From assembly GCA_904502015.1 (NCBI GenBank), contig CAJGEA010000001.1:1-61315 (forward strand): 61,315 nt of DNA, given 5' to 3'. The stretch's first letter is position 1. Every line of letters begins with the position of its first letter. The notes beneath the pieces were generated by a model. It ran no database searches, was not told the origin of the DNA, and saw only the letters and a list, made by a program, of their open reading frames with translations. Positions 1 through 9,016 of this stretch are shown piece by piece. This DNA comes from an uncultured Clostridia bacterium. GTDB taxonomy: Bacteria; Bacillota; Clostridia; Oscillospirales; CAG-272. A program made the translations under genes and the position numbers.

Positions 1-999
1 CTTCTCCAGCCCGTCGTGATCGGCGTCCAGCACCTTACGTGCGGCGGCCACGTCCACACGGTCACGGGTTGATTTGGTCCAGGGAAGCTCCAGGCAAACG
101 TCCAAATAGTTGCCGATAACCGATGCCTCGGCCGAGCCAAAAGGCAGGCGAGAGAGCTTGTCGTTTTCCTTAAGGAGCTTCTTTTCGATATCCTTCGGCA
201 GGTGCGCCTCCATAATGCGGAAGTAGAACTCGTCGGGATCGCCGTCGTTCAGCTCTTCTTGGATGATCTTCATCTCCTCGCGGAGGAAATATTCACGCTG
301 ATTACGGTTCATGCGCGCGCGGACGCGGCGCTGGATGTCGCTCTCGTAGGCCAGCAGCTCACCCTCGTGCTTCATGATGAGGATCAGCGTGTCGATACGC
401 ACCATGGGATCGAAGCATTCCAGAATGGTCTGCTTGTCCTCGTAGCGAACGAGAATATTGGAGGCGACGAAGTCGGCGTACAGACCGGGGTTACGGATGG
501 TAGCCACGTGAGTCATGATATCGTCGGCAACAGCGGGGATGTAGCGCACGATGCCTTGCAACACACGGTTTGCCTCGCGCAGATAAGCCTCGCCCTCAAT
601 ACCGCCGTCATCATCGGTGACAACGATCTTGGCGACGGCGTTGGCCACCGTGTAACGGTCAAGGGGTACGACCGAGGAAAGGGCGGCGCGGCATTGGCCC
701 TCGGCCACCAGACGGGTTTCTCCGTCGGGGGTTCGGATGAGCTGCTTGATGCGCGCGACGGTCGCCACGGGGCATATCTTGGTGATATCAGGCTCACCCG
801 TATCGGGCTCGGAAATATCCAGAAGGGATGCGAGGAGAATGGGCATTCCGTCCGATGCGGCGGCCTGTGCGGCAGCGGCGGAACGGAAGCTGTCCTTTTG
901 AATATCACAGTTGACGGTCATGCCGGGGAAGGGGACCACCCCACGCAGAACCACGAGCGGCAGGGTTTGCGGCTCGGCTTTCTCTATATACTTCGACAT
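1..999 (-). CDS. lon: ATP-dependent protease Lon, N-terminal part (gene continues past the window start)
   Basis: The minus frame is open from ATG at 999 to position 1 (absent from the ORF track because it has no stop in the window). Translation MSKYIEKAEPQTLPLVVLRGVVPFPGMTVNCDI ... REYFLREEMKIIQEEL ... LDADHDGLEK matches the Lon N-domain and the linker before the AAA+ module. Confidence 0.85.
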   Translation of the reverse strand, partial: MSKYIEKAEPQTLPLVVLRGVVPFPGMTVNCDIQKDSFRSAAAAQAAASDGMPILLASLLDISEPDTGEPDITKICPVATVARIKQLIRTPDGETRLVAEGQCRAALSSVVPLDRYTVANAVAKIVVTDDDGGIEGEAYLREANRVLQGIVRYIPAVADDIMTHVATIRNPGLYADFVASNILVRYEDKQTILECFDPMVRIDTLILIMKHEGELLAYESDIQRRVRARMNRNQREYFLREEMKIIQEELNDGDPDEFYFRIMEAHLPKDIEKKLLKENDKLSRLPFGSAEASVIGNYLDVCLELPWTKSTRDRVDVAAARKVLDADHDGLEK

Positions 1000-1304
1000 G
1001 ATGTAAAAATCCTTTCGCCGCTTGGAGTATTTGCGTGCGTATCGCGGCAGAGATACGGTGCTTCGGAGTAAGATAGCAATAGGTATCAATCATACTTTCC
1101 TTACATTATACCACACTTTGCGGAAAATTTCCATAGGTAAACGAGATTTTTTACAAATTTATTATTTATTTATAAATATCAATGTAATTTGTTGAAGAAT
1201 GCGCGACATTCACATGGAGTTCATAAATGCGTGGTATAATATATTGATTGTATATTAAACAATTTTACTTCAAAATAAGTCAAATGTACGGAAAGGATAT
1301 ACTT

Positions 1305-2429
1305 ATGAGCAAATCTACGAAAAACGCCAATGCGTGTCCCATCCGCAAAACCTCGATCGGCGGTCAGGCACTCATGGAAGGCATCATGATGCGTGGCCCC
1401 GGCAAAACCGCTATGGCCGTGCGGAACCCCCAAGGAGAGATCGTAGTGGAGGAGTGCCAGTTCAGCACCAAGAAACGCCCCGCCATCTTCCGCTGGCCCT
1501 TTATTCGGGGTGTTTTCGGCTTTATCGATTCCATGACGCTGGGCTATAAGTGCCTGATGCGCTCTGCTGAGATTTCGGGACTTGAGGAGATCGAGGCCGA
1601 AATGGAGAAGGAAAAAGCCGAAAAAAAGGCTGCCAAGAAAGCGGCGAAGGCCGCCAAGAAGGCGGGGAAGTCCGCTACTCCCACGACGGTTGCAGAGAAG
1701 CCGATAACCAAATCTACACCCGAGAACACGACTGACAGCACGACCGACAACGCAGATTCTTCCGCTAAAGAGGAAAAGAAGGGCACGTCATCCACAACCA
1801 CGGCGATCATGATTTTCAGCGTGATTTTTGCCGTTGTTATCATGGTAGGGCTGTTCATTTGGCTACCTACGTTCCTGTATAAGGACGTTTTGGAAAAGTA
1901 CGTACCCTGGATGCCCAAGGGCAACCGCTTCCTTCAATCCGTGTTTGAGGGTGTGCTGCGTGTGCTGTTCCTCGTCGGTTACATGGGGCTCATGTGCCTG
2001 ATGAAGGACATTCGCCGCACTTATCAGTATCACGGTGCCGAGCACAAGACCATCTTCTGCTACGAGCATGGGCTCGAGCTTACGGTGGAAAACGTGCGCA
2101 AGCAAAAGCGTTTCCACCCCCGTTGCGGTACCTCCTTCCTTATCCTCATGATGCTGGTCAGCATTCTTGTGGGTTTCTTTATCCCCGCCTCGCTGGATAC
2201 GTGGCTGCGCGTTATCATCAAGCTCCTGCTCGTTCCTGTTATTATGGGCGTTGGCTTTGAGCTCATCAAACTCTGCGGTCGATACGACAACTGGCTCACC
2301 CGCATTATTTCTTTCCCCGGCGTTGCCCTCCAGCACATCACGGTTCTGGAACCCGACGATTCCATGATCGAGTGTGCCATCACCGCCATGAAGGAAGTCA
2401 TCCCCAATGACGGCAGTGACGCATGGTGA
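1305..2429 (+). CDS. DUF1385 (YqhQ-like) membrane protein with a low-complexity insert
   Basis: Motifs IGGQALMEGIMMRG and YHGAEHKTI, with C-terminal TM helices. Start chosen at ATG 1305 (GGAAAGGA RBS 8 nt upstream) rather than the ORF-track start at 1248. Confidence 0.8.
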   Translation: MSKSTKNANACPIRKTSIGGQALMEGIMMRGPGKTAMAVRNPQGEIVVEECQFSTKKRPAIFRWPFIRGVFGFIDSMTLGYKCLMRSAEISGLEEIEAEMEKEKAEKKAAKKAAKAAKKAGKSATPTTVAEKPITKSTPENTTDSTTDNADSSAKEEKKGTSSTTTAIMIFSVIFAVVIMVGLFIWLPTFLYKDVLEKYVPWMPKGNRFLQSVFEGVLRVLFLVGYMGLMCLMKDIRRTYQYHGAEHKTIFCYEHGLELTVENVRKQKRFHPRCGTSFLILMMLVSILVGFFIPASLDTWLRVIIKLLLVPVIMGVGFELIKLCGRYDNWLTRIISFPGVALQHITVLEPDDSMIECAITAMKEVIPNDGSDAW

Positions 2430-2483
2430 TATCCGAATCCTCATAAAATACACATACAATTCAAATACAGAGAGGTGCTTTCT

Positions 2484-3206
2484 ATGAAACTCATCGTTTG
2501 CAAGGACTACGAAGAAATGTCCACCGTGGCCGCCGACATTATGGCGGACGTGATCACCGCGTCCGACGCCCCCGTGCTGGGACTCGCCACCGGCTCTACC
2601 CCCGTTGGTATGTATAAGAAGCTCATCGAGATGAATCGCGCGGGCGAGATCGACTTCTCGGGCGTGACCACCGTCAATCTGGACGAGTACTATCCCATCG
2701 CTCCCGACAACGACCAAAGCTACCGCTATTTTATGAATGAGAATCTGTTTGACCACGTCAATATCAATAAGGCACGCACCTTCGTACCCAACGGCATGGC
2801 TGACGATCCCGAGGCTGCCTGCGAGGCGTACGAGGCCATCGTCGCGTCTGTCGGAGCAGCGGATATTCAGGTGCTCGGCATCGGCCAGAACGGCCACATC
2901 GGCTTCAACGAGCCTGCCGACGCGCTGGAGGTCAAAACTCACGTGACGGGACTCACCGAGAGCACCATCCGTGCCAACGCCCGTTTCTTTGCTTCTGAGG
3001 CCGACGTGCCCACCAAGGCTCTTACTATGGGCATCGGCACCATACTCGGCGCGAAAAAGATCATCATTCTGGCCAACGGCACCTCCAAGCATGAAGCCGT
3101 TTCCAAGATGCTGGCAGGCAAGCTGGATACCTCTTGCCCCGCCTCTATGCTGAATCTGCACGCTGACGTGACCGTCATCTGCGACGAGGCGGCGTATAAC
3201 GGTTAA
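2484..3206 (+). CDS. nagB: glucosamine-6-phosphate deaminase
   Basis: GLATGSTP and GIGQNGHIGFNEP motifs; AGAGAGG RBS before ATG 2484. Confidence 0.9.
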   Translation: MKLIVCKDYEEMSTVAADIMADVITASDAPVLGLATGSTPVGMYKKLIEMNRAGEIDFSGVTTVNLDEYYPIAPDNDQSYRYFMNENLFDHVNINKARTFVPNGMADDPEAACEAYEAIVASVGAADIQVLGIGQNGHIGFNEPADALEVKTHVTGLTESTIRANARFFASEADVPTKALTMGIGTILGAKKIIILANGTSKHEAVSKMLAGKLDTSCPASMLNLHADVTVICDEAAYNG

Positions 3207-3360
3207 AATATTGATTTGATCTATGAGCAAGGATGCATCGGTGTCCTTGCTCATACAAAAACTCCCAACCCCGCGGTCTGCATAGCCGTCCCGACGGCGG
3301 CGCATACTCCCCTCATCCTTATAGCTTATAGACAAAGCGAGGATAGAATGGGAGTACTCC

Positions 3361-4140
3361 ATGTACCACAATAAAGTCGTGATATGCGGTGTCAATACCG
3401 CCAAGCTCAAGGTGCTGACCGAGGATGAAAAGCAAGCCCTGATGCAGCGCGTTCGCGCGGGTGATACTGAAGCCCGAAGGGAAATGATCTGCGGTAATTT
3501 GCGCCTTGTGCTGTCCATTATTCAACGCTTCTCGGGACGTCGGGAAAACCTCGACGATCTGTTTCAAGTCGGATGCATCGGGCTGATCAAGGCCGTTGAC
3601 AACTTCGATATAACCAAGGAAGTCATGTTTTCCACCTACGCCGTTCCCATGATCGTGGGCGAGGTGCGCCGCTACCTGCGGGATAACGCTGCCATTCGCA
3701 TCAGCCGATCCGTCCGTGATCTGGCTTATCGCGCGCTCGGAGCACGGGAGGAGCTTTCGTCGACTCTCAACCGCGATCCTACCCCCGACGAGATTGCCCG
3801 CCATCTGGAAGTCCCCCGCGAGCAAGTAGTCAATGCGCTGGAAGCCATCATTGAACCTATATCGCTCTACGAGCCCGTATACACCGAGAACGGGGACTCG
3901 CTCTACGTGATCGATCAACTCAGTGATCAATCACGCGGCGCGTCCGACGATTCGTGGCTGGAAAACATCGCTCTGCGGGAGGCCGTACGCACCCTCACAC
4001 CACGTGAGCAAACCATTATAAAACTACGCTACTACAAAGACAAAACACAGATGGAGATCGCCTCCGAGATCGGCATCTCGCAAGCGCAGGTATCCCGCCT
4101 CGAGAAAGCGGCTCTGGAAAAACTGCGCCGACAGCTCTGA
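3361..4140 (+). CDS. sigG: sporulation sigma factor SigG
   Basis: NKVVICGVNTAKLKVL, GNLRLVLSIIQRF, FSTYAVPMIVGEVRRYLRDN and GISQAQVSRLEK closely follow the SigG pattern (SigF/G group of sigma-70). Confidence 0.85.
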   Translation: MYHNKVVICGVNTAKLKVLTEDEKQALMQRVRAGDTEARREMICGNLRLVLSIIQRFSGRRENLDDLFQVGCIGLIKAVDNFDITKEVMFSTYAVPMIVGEVRRYLRDNAAIRISRSVRDLAYRALGAREELSSTLNRDPTPDEIARHLEVPREQVVNALEAIIEPISLYEPVYTENGDSLYVIDQLSDQSRGASDDSWLENIALREAVRTLTPREQTIIKLRYYKDKTQMEIASEIGISQAQVSRLEKAALEKLRRQL

Positions 4141-4150
4141 CATTGAATGC

Positions 4151-4168
4151 AACCGCCCGGGGCGGTTT
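4151..4168 (+). terminator. short GC hairpin after sigG (weak or partial terminator)
   Basis: AACCGCCC/GGGCGGTT palindrome followed only by TT. The next gene may be read through from sigG. Confidence 0.35.
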
Positions 4169-4207
4169 ACATATATCCCTGACACCAACAACAAGGAGGA
4201 ATATCGC

Positions 4208-5860
4208 ATGCAGCCTGCAACCGACAAGCATTTCCGACTTCTGCTCCCCGACGCGGGGCAAGACATATACTCCCCGCGCCGTTCCCAGACATGGGGCTAT
4301 CGCTACGGCCCCACGATCATGGTACATAACGGCATCTGCGAGGCGTGGTTTGCCTCGCCCGGCGATGGCTACGAGGCGGATTGGTTCACCTACCGCCGCT
4401 CCGAGGACGGAGGCAAGACCTGGACTCACGAGCGCGTGGTCATGGCGCCCGTCCCCAATTCTATGGATTGGTTTTCGGTCTGCGATCCCGCTGTGATCAA
4501 GTATGGGGAATACTACTATATCGGTTATACCTCCACCGTGTTTGCCAATGGCGGCGGTGTGTGCAATAACGGATTTATCGCTCGTTCCAAATCGCCCACG
4601 GGCCCCTTCGAGCGTTGGTGCGGTGACGGCTGGGGTGAGCTCCGCACCGTCCGAGATACCACCTGCCGCTGGATGGGCAAGCCTGCCCCCGTCATCTACT
4701 TCGATGAGGATTGGCACAACTGGGGCGCGGGCGAATTCTCCTTTGTCATCAAGGACGATACCGTTTACATCTACTATACGTGGACGTCGAGTGACCGTGA
4801 TGGCAAGCCCATCCATCAAACCCGTGTGGCTACTGCCGATATCACTGACGAGAACTGGCCCGCTACCATCGTTCAGCGCGGCGTTGCCGTAAACCGCCCC
4901 GGCGGAGGCAATGACTCCTACGACGTGGTCTACTGTGAGGATCTCGGCAAATTCGTCGCCCTGTCCACCGATTACCGTTTTTCCGAAAACAGCCTGCTTG
5001 CCGTCTACGAATCGGACGATGGCCTGCGGTTTACCCGTGTCAACGAGATCAAGGTCAATACGGGCTGGATGTGCCACAACTGCGGCATCTCGGGCGACGA
5101 GCATCACCATATCCGAAAGGGAGATGCCCTCCTGCTCGCTTACGCCTACGGCAACCAGTGGGGCTGCTGGGGCACGCGCCTCCACGCCTATGATTTTACG
5201 GCGATGGACGAGGCCTTCTACTCTGAGGCGCAATTCGATAATCTTCACCATGAGGTGAAAAAGATCGATGATCCGGAAACCTACGTCCCCACGGTTCTTT
5301 ATCTGCAAAAGCCGCACGATCTGCGCATTCGGGTGGGCGACGAGGTCGAGATCCCCCTCGTGACGGGTGATGTAACCTACGCCATGCGTCCCGCAGAAGG
5401 GAATATCGGTTACTCGAATTACGATTTCGACCTGGTTTCCATTGAAGGGAATCGCATAACGGCGCTGGCTTCGGGTGAAACCTATGTAACCGCCACCTTG
5501 GGCGATCTTTCCTGCGAATTCCGCGTGCTGGTCACGGCGGAAGCCCCCAACGAGTGGTGCCCGTGGCAACCCTATCCCGAAAAGACGGTGGTTTCCTTTA
5601 CGCCTTTGATCACCCATTACAAGGCAAGCCTTGCCGCGCGTGAGGTCAAGCAGCTCCGCGGCATTGCCGTTTATGAGGATGACTCTTGGTTTGAGGTGGC
5701 AGGGAAGTGTGACGGCGTTTCCTACGAAAACCATACCCCCGAGCTCTTCAACGTGGACGAAAATGGTCACATCCTACCGACAGGGATAACAGGCACTGGA
5801 CGTGTCTCCCTGCGGTGCGGAGCATATACCTTTGACGTTACAGTGTCAATTATGCCTTGA
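4208..5860 (+). CDS. beta-propeller glycoside-hydrolase-like protein (Asp-box) with two C-terminal Big_2-like Ig domains, no signal peptide
   Basis: Canonical Asp-box SEDGGKTW and a degenerate second one (SDDGLRF). A GH43-like blade motif is present (CDPAVIKYGEYYYIGYTS). The C-terminal stretches ITALASGETYVTATLGDLSCEFRVLV and GTGRVSLRCGAYTFDVTVSI look like Big_2. AAGGAGG RBS. Confidence 0.5.
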   Translation: MQPATDKHFRLLLPDAGQDIYSPRRSQTWGYRYGPTIMVHNGICEAWFASPGDGYEADWFTYRRSEDGGKTWTHERVVMAPVPNSMDWFSVCDPAVIKYGEYYYIGYTSTVFANGGGVCNNGFIARSKSPTGPFERWCGDGWGELRTVRDTTCRWMGKPAPVIYFDEDWHNWGAGEFSFVIKDDTVYIYYTWTSSDRDGKPIHQTRVATADITDENWPATIVQRGVAVNRPGGGNDSYDVVYCEDLGKFVALSTDYRFSENSLLAVYESDDGLRFTRVNEIKVNTGWMCHNCGISGDEHHHIRKGDALLLAYAYGNQWGCWGTRLHAYDFTAMDEAFYSEAQFDNLHHEVKKIDDPETYVPTVLYLQKPHDLRIRVGDEVEIPLVTGDVTYAMRPAEGNIGYSNYDFDLVSIEGNRITALASGETYVTATLGDLSCEFRVLVTAEAPNEWCPWQPYPEKTVVSFTPLITHYKASLAAREVKQLRGIAVYEDDSWFEVAGKCDGVSYENHTPELFNVDENGHILPTGITGTGRVSLRCGAYTFDVTVSIMP

Positions 5861-5915
5861 ACTCGTATAAACCGAATATTTTTTTCAAAAATCTTGGAAT
5901 GTTTACAAAATCCTA

Positions 5916-5945
5916 TTGATATTTGTGTAGGTTTTGTAGTACAAT
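5916..5945 (+). promoter_or_regulatory. sigma-A type promoter upstream of pyrH
   Basis: TTGATA (5916-5921), 18-nt spacer, TACAAT (5940-5945). Confidence 0.5.
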
Positions 5946-5988
5946 ATATGGGAATTAAAATTGAATCAGAAATGTGAGGTGCGTCTAT

Positions 5989-6711
5989 ATGAACAAAAAG
6001 CCGGTCTATAACAGAATTCTCCTCAAGCTCTCGGGCGAAGCGCTTTCCCCCGCAAGTAAGTGTGACGGTATTTTGGACTTTGCCTTTATCGACCGAGTGG
6101 CGGCCGTCATCAAGCAATGCCACGACGTAGGCGTTGAGATTGGTGTCATCGTAGGCGCGGGCAACGTCTGGCGCGGAAAGGCAGGCGCGACCCAAATGGA
6201 ACGCGCGCGTGCCGATCACATGGGTATGCTGGCAACCGTTATGAATTCAATCGCGCTTCAGGATAGCTTCATCCGTGCGGGAATGGACGCCGTGGTTATG
6301 TCGGCCGTTGAAATGGATGCCTTTGCTGACCATTACAATGCCCGCGCCGCCCGCAAGCACCTTGCGGACGGAAAGATCGTTATTTTTGGCGGAGGCATGG
6401 GCTCGCCCTACTTCTCCACCGATACCGCCGCCGTTCTTCGCGCCGCCGAGATCGGGGCCGACGCCATTCTGATGGCTAAGAACATCGATTACCTCTACGA
6501 TGCCGATCCGAGAAAGAATCCCGATGCAAAGCCCATCTATGATATCACTTATGCCGATATTATCGCGCGCGATCTTCGCGCCTTTGATATGACCGCCGTA
6601 TTGTTCTGCCAGGAAAACGATATTCAGGCATACGGCTTCGGTCTGGCCGCCCCCGAGAACATTTACCGTGCCGTTATGGGCGAGCCCGTTGGCACAAAAA
6701 TGCATAATTGA
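5989..6711 (+). CDS. pyrH: UMP kinase
   Basis: ILLKLSGEAL, VVGAGNVWRG and IFGGGMGSPYFSTDTAA. ATG 5989 sits behind a GTGAGGTG RBS. Confidence 0.95.
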   Translation: MNKKPVYNRILLKLSGEALSPASKCDGILDFAFIDRVAAVIKQCHDVGVEIGVIVGAGNVWRGKAGATQMERARADHMGMLATVMNSIALQDSFIRAGMDAVVMSAVEMDAFADHYNARAARKHLADGKIVIFGGGMGSPYFSTDTAAVLRAAEIGADAILMAKNIDYLYDADPRKNPDAKPIYDITYADIIARDLRAFDMTAVLFCQENDIQAYGFGLAAPENIYRAVMGEPVGTKMHN

Positions 6712-6750
6712 AGATATACTCCCACTACATACAGAAAGGAATTTACTAAC

Positions 6751-7305
6751 ATGAAGTACGATACTAAAGAGCTTGAAGCAAAAATGCAAAAGACCATTGC
6801 CGCATACGAGAATAATCTGGCCGATATCCGCGCCAGCCAGGCGAACGCCTCGGTGCTCAACCGCGTGACCTTTGAGTACTACGGCTCCCCGACTCCCATC
6901 AAGGATATGGCAGGTATCACTCTGTCGGATGCCCGCACGCTGGTTATTACCCCCTACGACGCCTCTACACTGAAGGCGATCGAGAAGGCGATTCTTGTTT
7001 CGGACGTTGGTATTACCCCTCAGAACGACGGTAAAGTGATCCGCCTGACCTTCCCCCAGCTCACCGAGGAACGTCGCCGTGAGCTTGTCAAGCAGGTGCA
7101 GAAGATGGGCGAGGATGCCAAGGTCGCTCTGCGTAACGAGCGCCGCACCGCCAATGACTTCGTCAAGAAGCAGAAGAAGGATAACCTGATGACTGAGGAC
7201 GAGGTAACGGCCGCGGAAAAGGCCATTCAGGACGTAACGGATAAGTTTGTCAAGATGGTCGATACCATTACCGCCGCTAAGGAAAAAGAAGTTATGGCGA
7301 TCTAA
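6751..7305 (+). CDS. frr: ribosome recycling factor
   Basis: ADIRASQANASVLNRV and ITPQNDGKVIRLTFPQLTEERRRELVK. Canonical position after pyrH. Confidence 0.95.
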   Translation: MKYDTKELEAKMQKTIAAYENNLADIRASQANASVLNRVTFEYYGSPTPIKDMAGITLSDARTLVITPYDASTLKAIEKAILVSDVGITPQNDGKVIRLTFPQLTEERRRELVKQVQKMGEDAKVALRNERRTANDFVKKQKKDNLMTEDEVTAAEKAIQDVTDKFVKMVDTITAAKEKEVMAI

Positions 7306-7312
7306 TACGCGA

Positions 7313-7350
7313 AAGGGCGGGCGACAGCACCCGCCCTTCCGTGCGTTTTT
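7313..7350 (+). terminator. hairpin terminator after frr
   Basis: AAGGGCGGG-8 nt-CCCGCCCTT (7313-7338), with a T5 run at 7346-7350. Confidence 0.55.
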
Positions 7351-7370
7351 CTACGAAAGGAGCAAGGAGC

Positions 7371-8096
7371 ATGGCACTTTTCAAAGGCAAAAATCCGACC
7401 GCGGAAACCCCTGCTTTAGACGATAATTTTCAGCATATTGCCTTTATTATGGACGGAAACGGCCGATGGGCGAAAAAACGCGGTATGCCGCGTGAGTTCG
7501 GCCATAAGGCAGGCGCCAAGGTATTCAAGCGCATCTGTGAGCACTGCGCCGACCGCGGCTTTCGCGCCGTAACGGTATATGCTTTTTCTACCGAGAATTG
7601 GAAACGTCCCGAGCATGAGGTCAACGCTCTCATGGAGCTTCTTTGCGATTATCTGGACGAATTTATTGAAAACCATGAGGACTACAAGAGCCGTTTCGTC
7701 TTTATCGGTGACCTCTCCCCCCTCTCTCCCACCCTGCGGGAAAAGATTGCGGAGGCAGAGCGAATCAACGCCGACTCCCCCCGTATCATTAACATAGCCA
7801 TCAATTACGGCGGACGCGCCGAAATGGTCCACGCCTTCAATACGCTGGCAGCAGAAGGAAAAACAACTGTCACCGAAGAAGATATCGCCCGCGTGGTTTA
7901 TACCCATGAAAGCGGAGATCCCGATATGATCGTCCGTACGGGTGGCGACCTCCGCATCTCCAACTTTCTTCTGTGGCAGGCCGCCTACGCCGAGTTCTAT
8001 TTTACCGATACGCTTTGGCCCGATCTCACCCCCGAGGACGTGGACGAGGCCATCCGCGTATTCTACTCCCGCAAGAGGCGGTACGGCGGACTCTAA
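7371..8096 (+). CDS. uppS: isoprenyl transferase (undecaprenyl-diphosphate synthase)
   Basis: HIAFIMDGNGRWA, YAFSTENWKRP and RTGGDLRISNFLLWQAAYAEFYF. AAGGAG RBS before ATG 7371. Confidence 0.9.
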   Translation: MALFKGKNPTAETPALDDNFQHIAFIMDGNGRWAKKRGMPREFGHKAGAKVFKRICEHCADRGFRAVTVYAFSTENWKRPEHEVNALMELLCDYLDEFIENHEDYKSRFVFIGDLSPLSPTLREKIAEAERINADSPRIINIAINYGGRAEMVHAFNTLAAEGKTTVTEEDIARVVYTHESGDPDMIVRTGGDLRISNFLLWQAAYAEFYFTDTLWPDLTPEDVDEAIRVFYSRKRRYGGL

Positions 8097-8161
8097 TCCG
8101 TTTTGTCAAGCCGTCAAGTCAAAATACTACAAATACATTACATCGTAAAGAAGGTACTGTC

Positions 8162-9001
8162 ATGAAGACACGAATCCTAACGGGCATTGTCGCCTTTCTG
8201 GTTTTTCTGCCGTTCTTGATTTTTTCCGAAACCATCGCGTTCCCCATCGCCATGTTTATTTGCGCCGTCATCTCTACGTTTGAGATGATGCGATGCATCG
8301 GCGTCCATAAAAATCTGTGGCTCACCCTGCCGCTGTATGCTGTTGCCGCCGCCTCGCCCATTATGATGCGACTCGTGGGGGCGGAGAGTTACCTGCCCGT
8401 GGCGATAGCAGTCGTTCTTCTGCTCATGCTGTACGCGCTGTCCGTGACGGTATTTTCTCACGGAAAGTTGAACATTTTGCAGTCCTCAACGGCGCTTACG
8501 GTGGGGCTCTACATCATCGCGGGATTTACCGCTATGGTGTACCTGCATGATTTCCACGAGGGTGGCAAATACTTGTACTTGCTTTCATTTATCGGCGCGT
8601 GGGTGACCGATTCTTTTGCCTATTTTGCGGGACGTCTGTTCGGCCGTCACAAGCTTATTCCCGATGTCAGCCCCAAGAAAACGGTTGAAGGAAGCATCGG
8701 CGGTATGCTGTTCTGCGTGGCGGCGTTCGTTGGCTTTGCATTCCTCTACAACGCCCTTTGGCGCGGAGAGGGAACGGCACTTCCCGTTTGGCTCATGGCT
8801 GTGATCGGCCTTCTCACCTCCATCGTATCGCAGGTGGGCGACCTCGCCATGTCGGTCATCAAGCGCCAGTTCGGCATTAAGGATTACGGAAAAATTTTCC
8901 CCGGTCACGGTGGATTTCTTGATCGTTTCGACTCGGTGCTGGCCGTTGCCGTGGTGCTGGCGGTCGCCTTTGGCATTGCGACGGGATTTGCTATTTTGTA
9001 A
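8162..9001 (+). CDS. cdsA: phosphatidate cytidylyltransferase
   Basis: Polytopic membrane protein with SPKKTVEGSIGG and FPGHGGFLDRFDS. The ORF-track N-terminal extension (7973) overlaps uppS and is rejected. Confidence 0.85.
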   Translation: MKTRILTGIVAFLVFLPFLIFSETIAFPIAMFICAVISTFEMMRCIGVHKNLWLTLPLYAVAAASPIMMRLVGAESYLPVAIAVVLLLMLYALSVTVFSHGKLNILQSSTALTVGLYIIAGFTAMVYLHDFHEGGKYLYLLSFIGAWVTDSFAYFAGRLFGRHKLIPDVSPKKTVEGSIGGMLFCVAAFVGFAFLYNALWRGEGTALPVWLMAVIGLLTSIVSQVGDLAMSVIKRQFGIKDYGKIFPGHGGFLDRFDSVLAVAVVLAVAFGIATGFAIL

Positions 9002-9016
9002 TCAGAGAGGGAAATC

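Noticed and set aside
202-1071. 289-aa + strand ORF at the left edge.
   Set aside because: It is antisense to the lon N-terminal coding region. That region translates into an unmistakable Lon sequence on the minus strand, in a frame missing from the track because it runs off the window.
1863-3518. Very long antisense ORFs listed in the track: 1863..3518 -, 4016..5770 -, 12393..13649 -, 15312..16661 -, 18214..19191 -, 34193..35611 +, 36461..37750 +, 39080..40492 +, 42629..43648 +, 43518..45443 +, 46586..48253 -, 50457..51623 +, 52997..54718 +, 56569..57582 +.
   Set aside because: Each lies opposite a gene with clear conserved motifs and spans several unrelated genes or intergenic gaps. They are Arg/Gly/His/Val/Leu-rich with no recognisable motif and lack RBSs. 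These are typical shadow ORFs of GC-rich DNA.
7973-8161. N-terminal extensions offered by the ORF track for cdsA (7973), ecfT (20922), DUF1643 (16972), the lipoprotein (23355), the vanZ-like gene (23924), PadR (27371), the sulfatase-like gene (27351), apgM (45500), mecA-like (52698) and addA (56548).
   Set aside because: The extensions overlap the preceding gene or a promoter and have odd composition. In each case except the sulfatase-like gene and addA, an internal ATG or GTG with a well-spaced GGAGG-type RBS gives a family-typical N-terminus. For those two the RBS is weak or 29 nt distant, and the call rests on the lipoprotein signal peptide and the family-typical N-terminus respectively.
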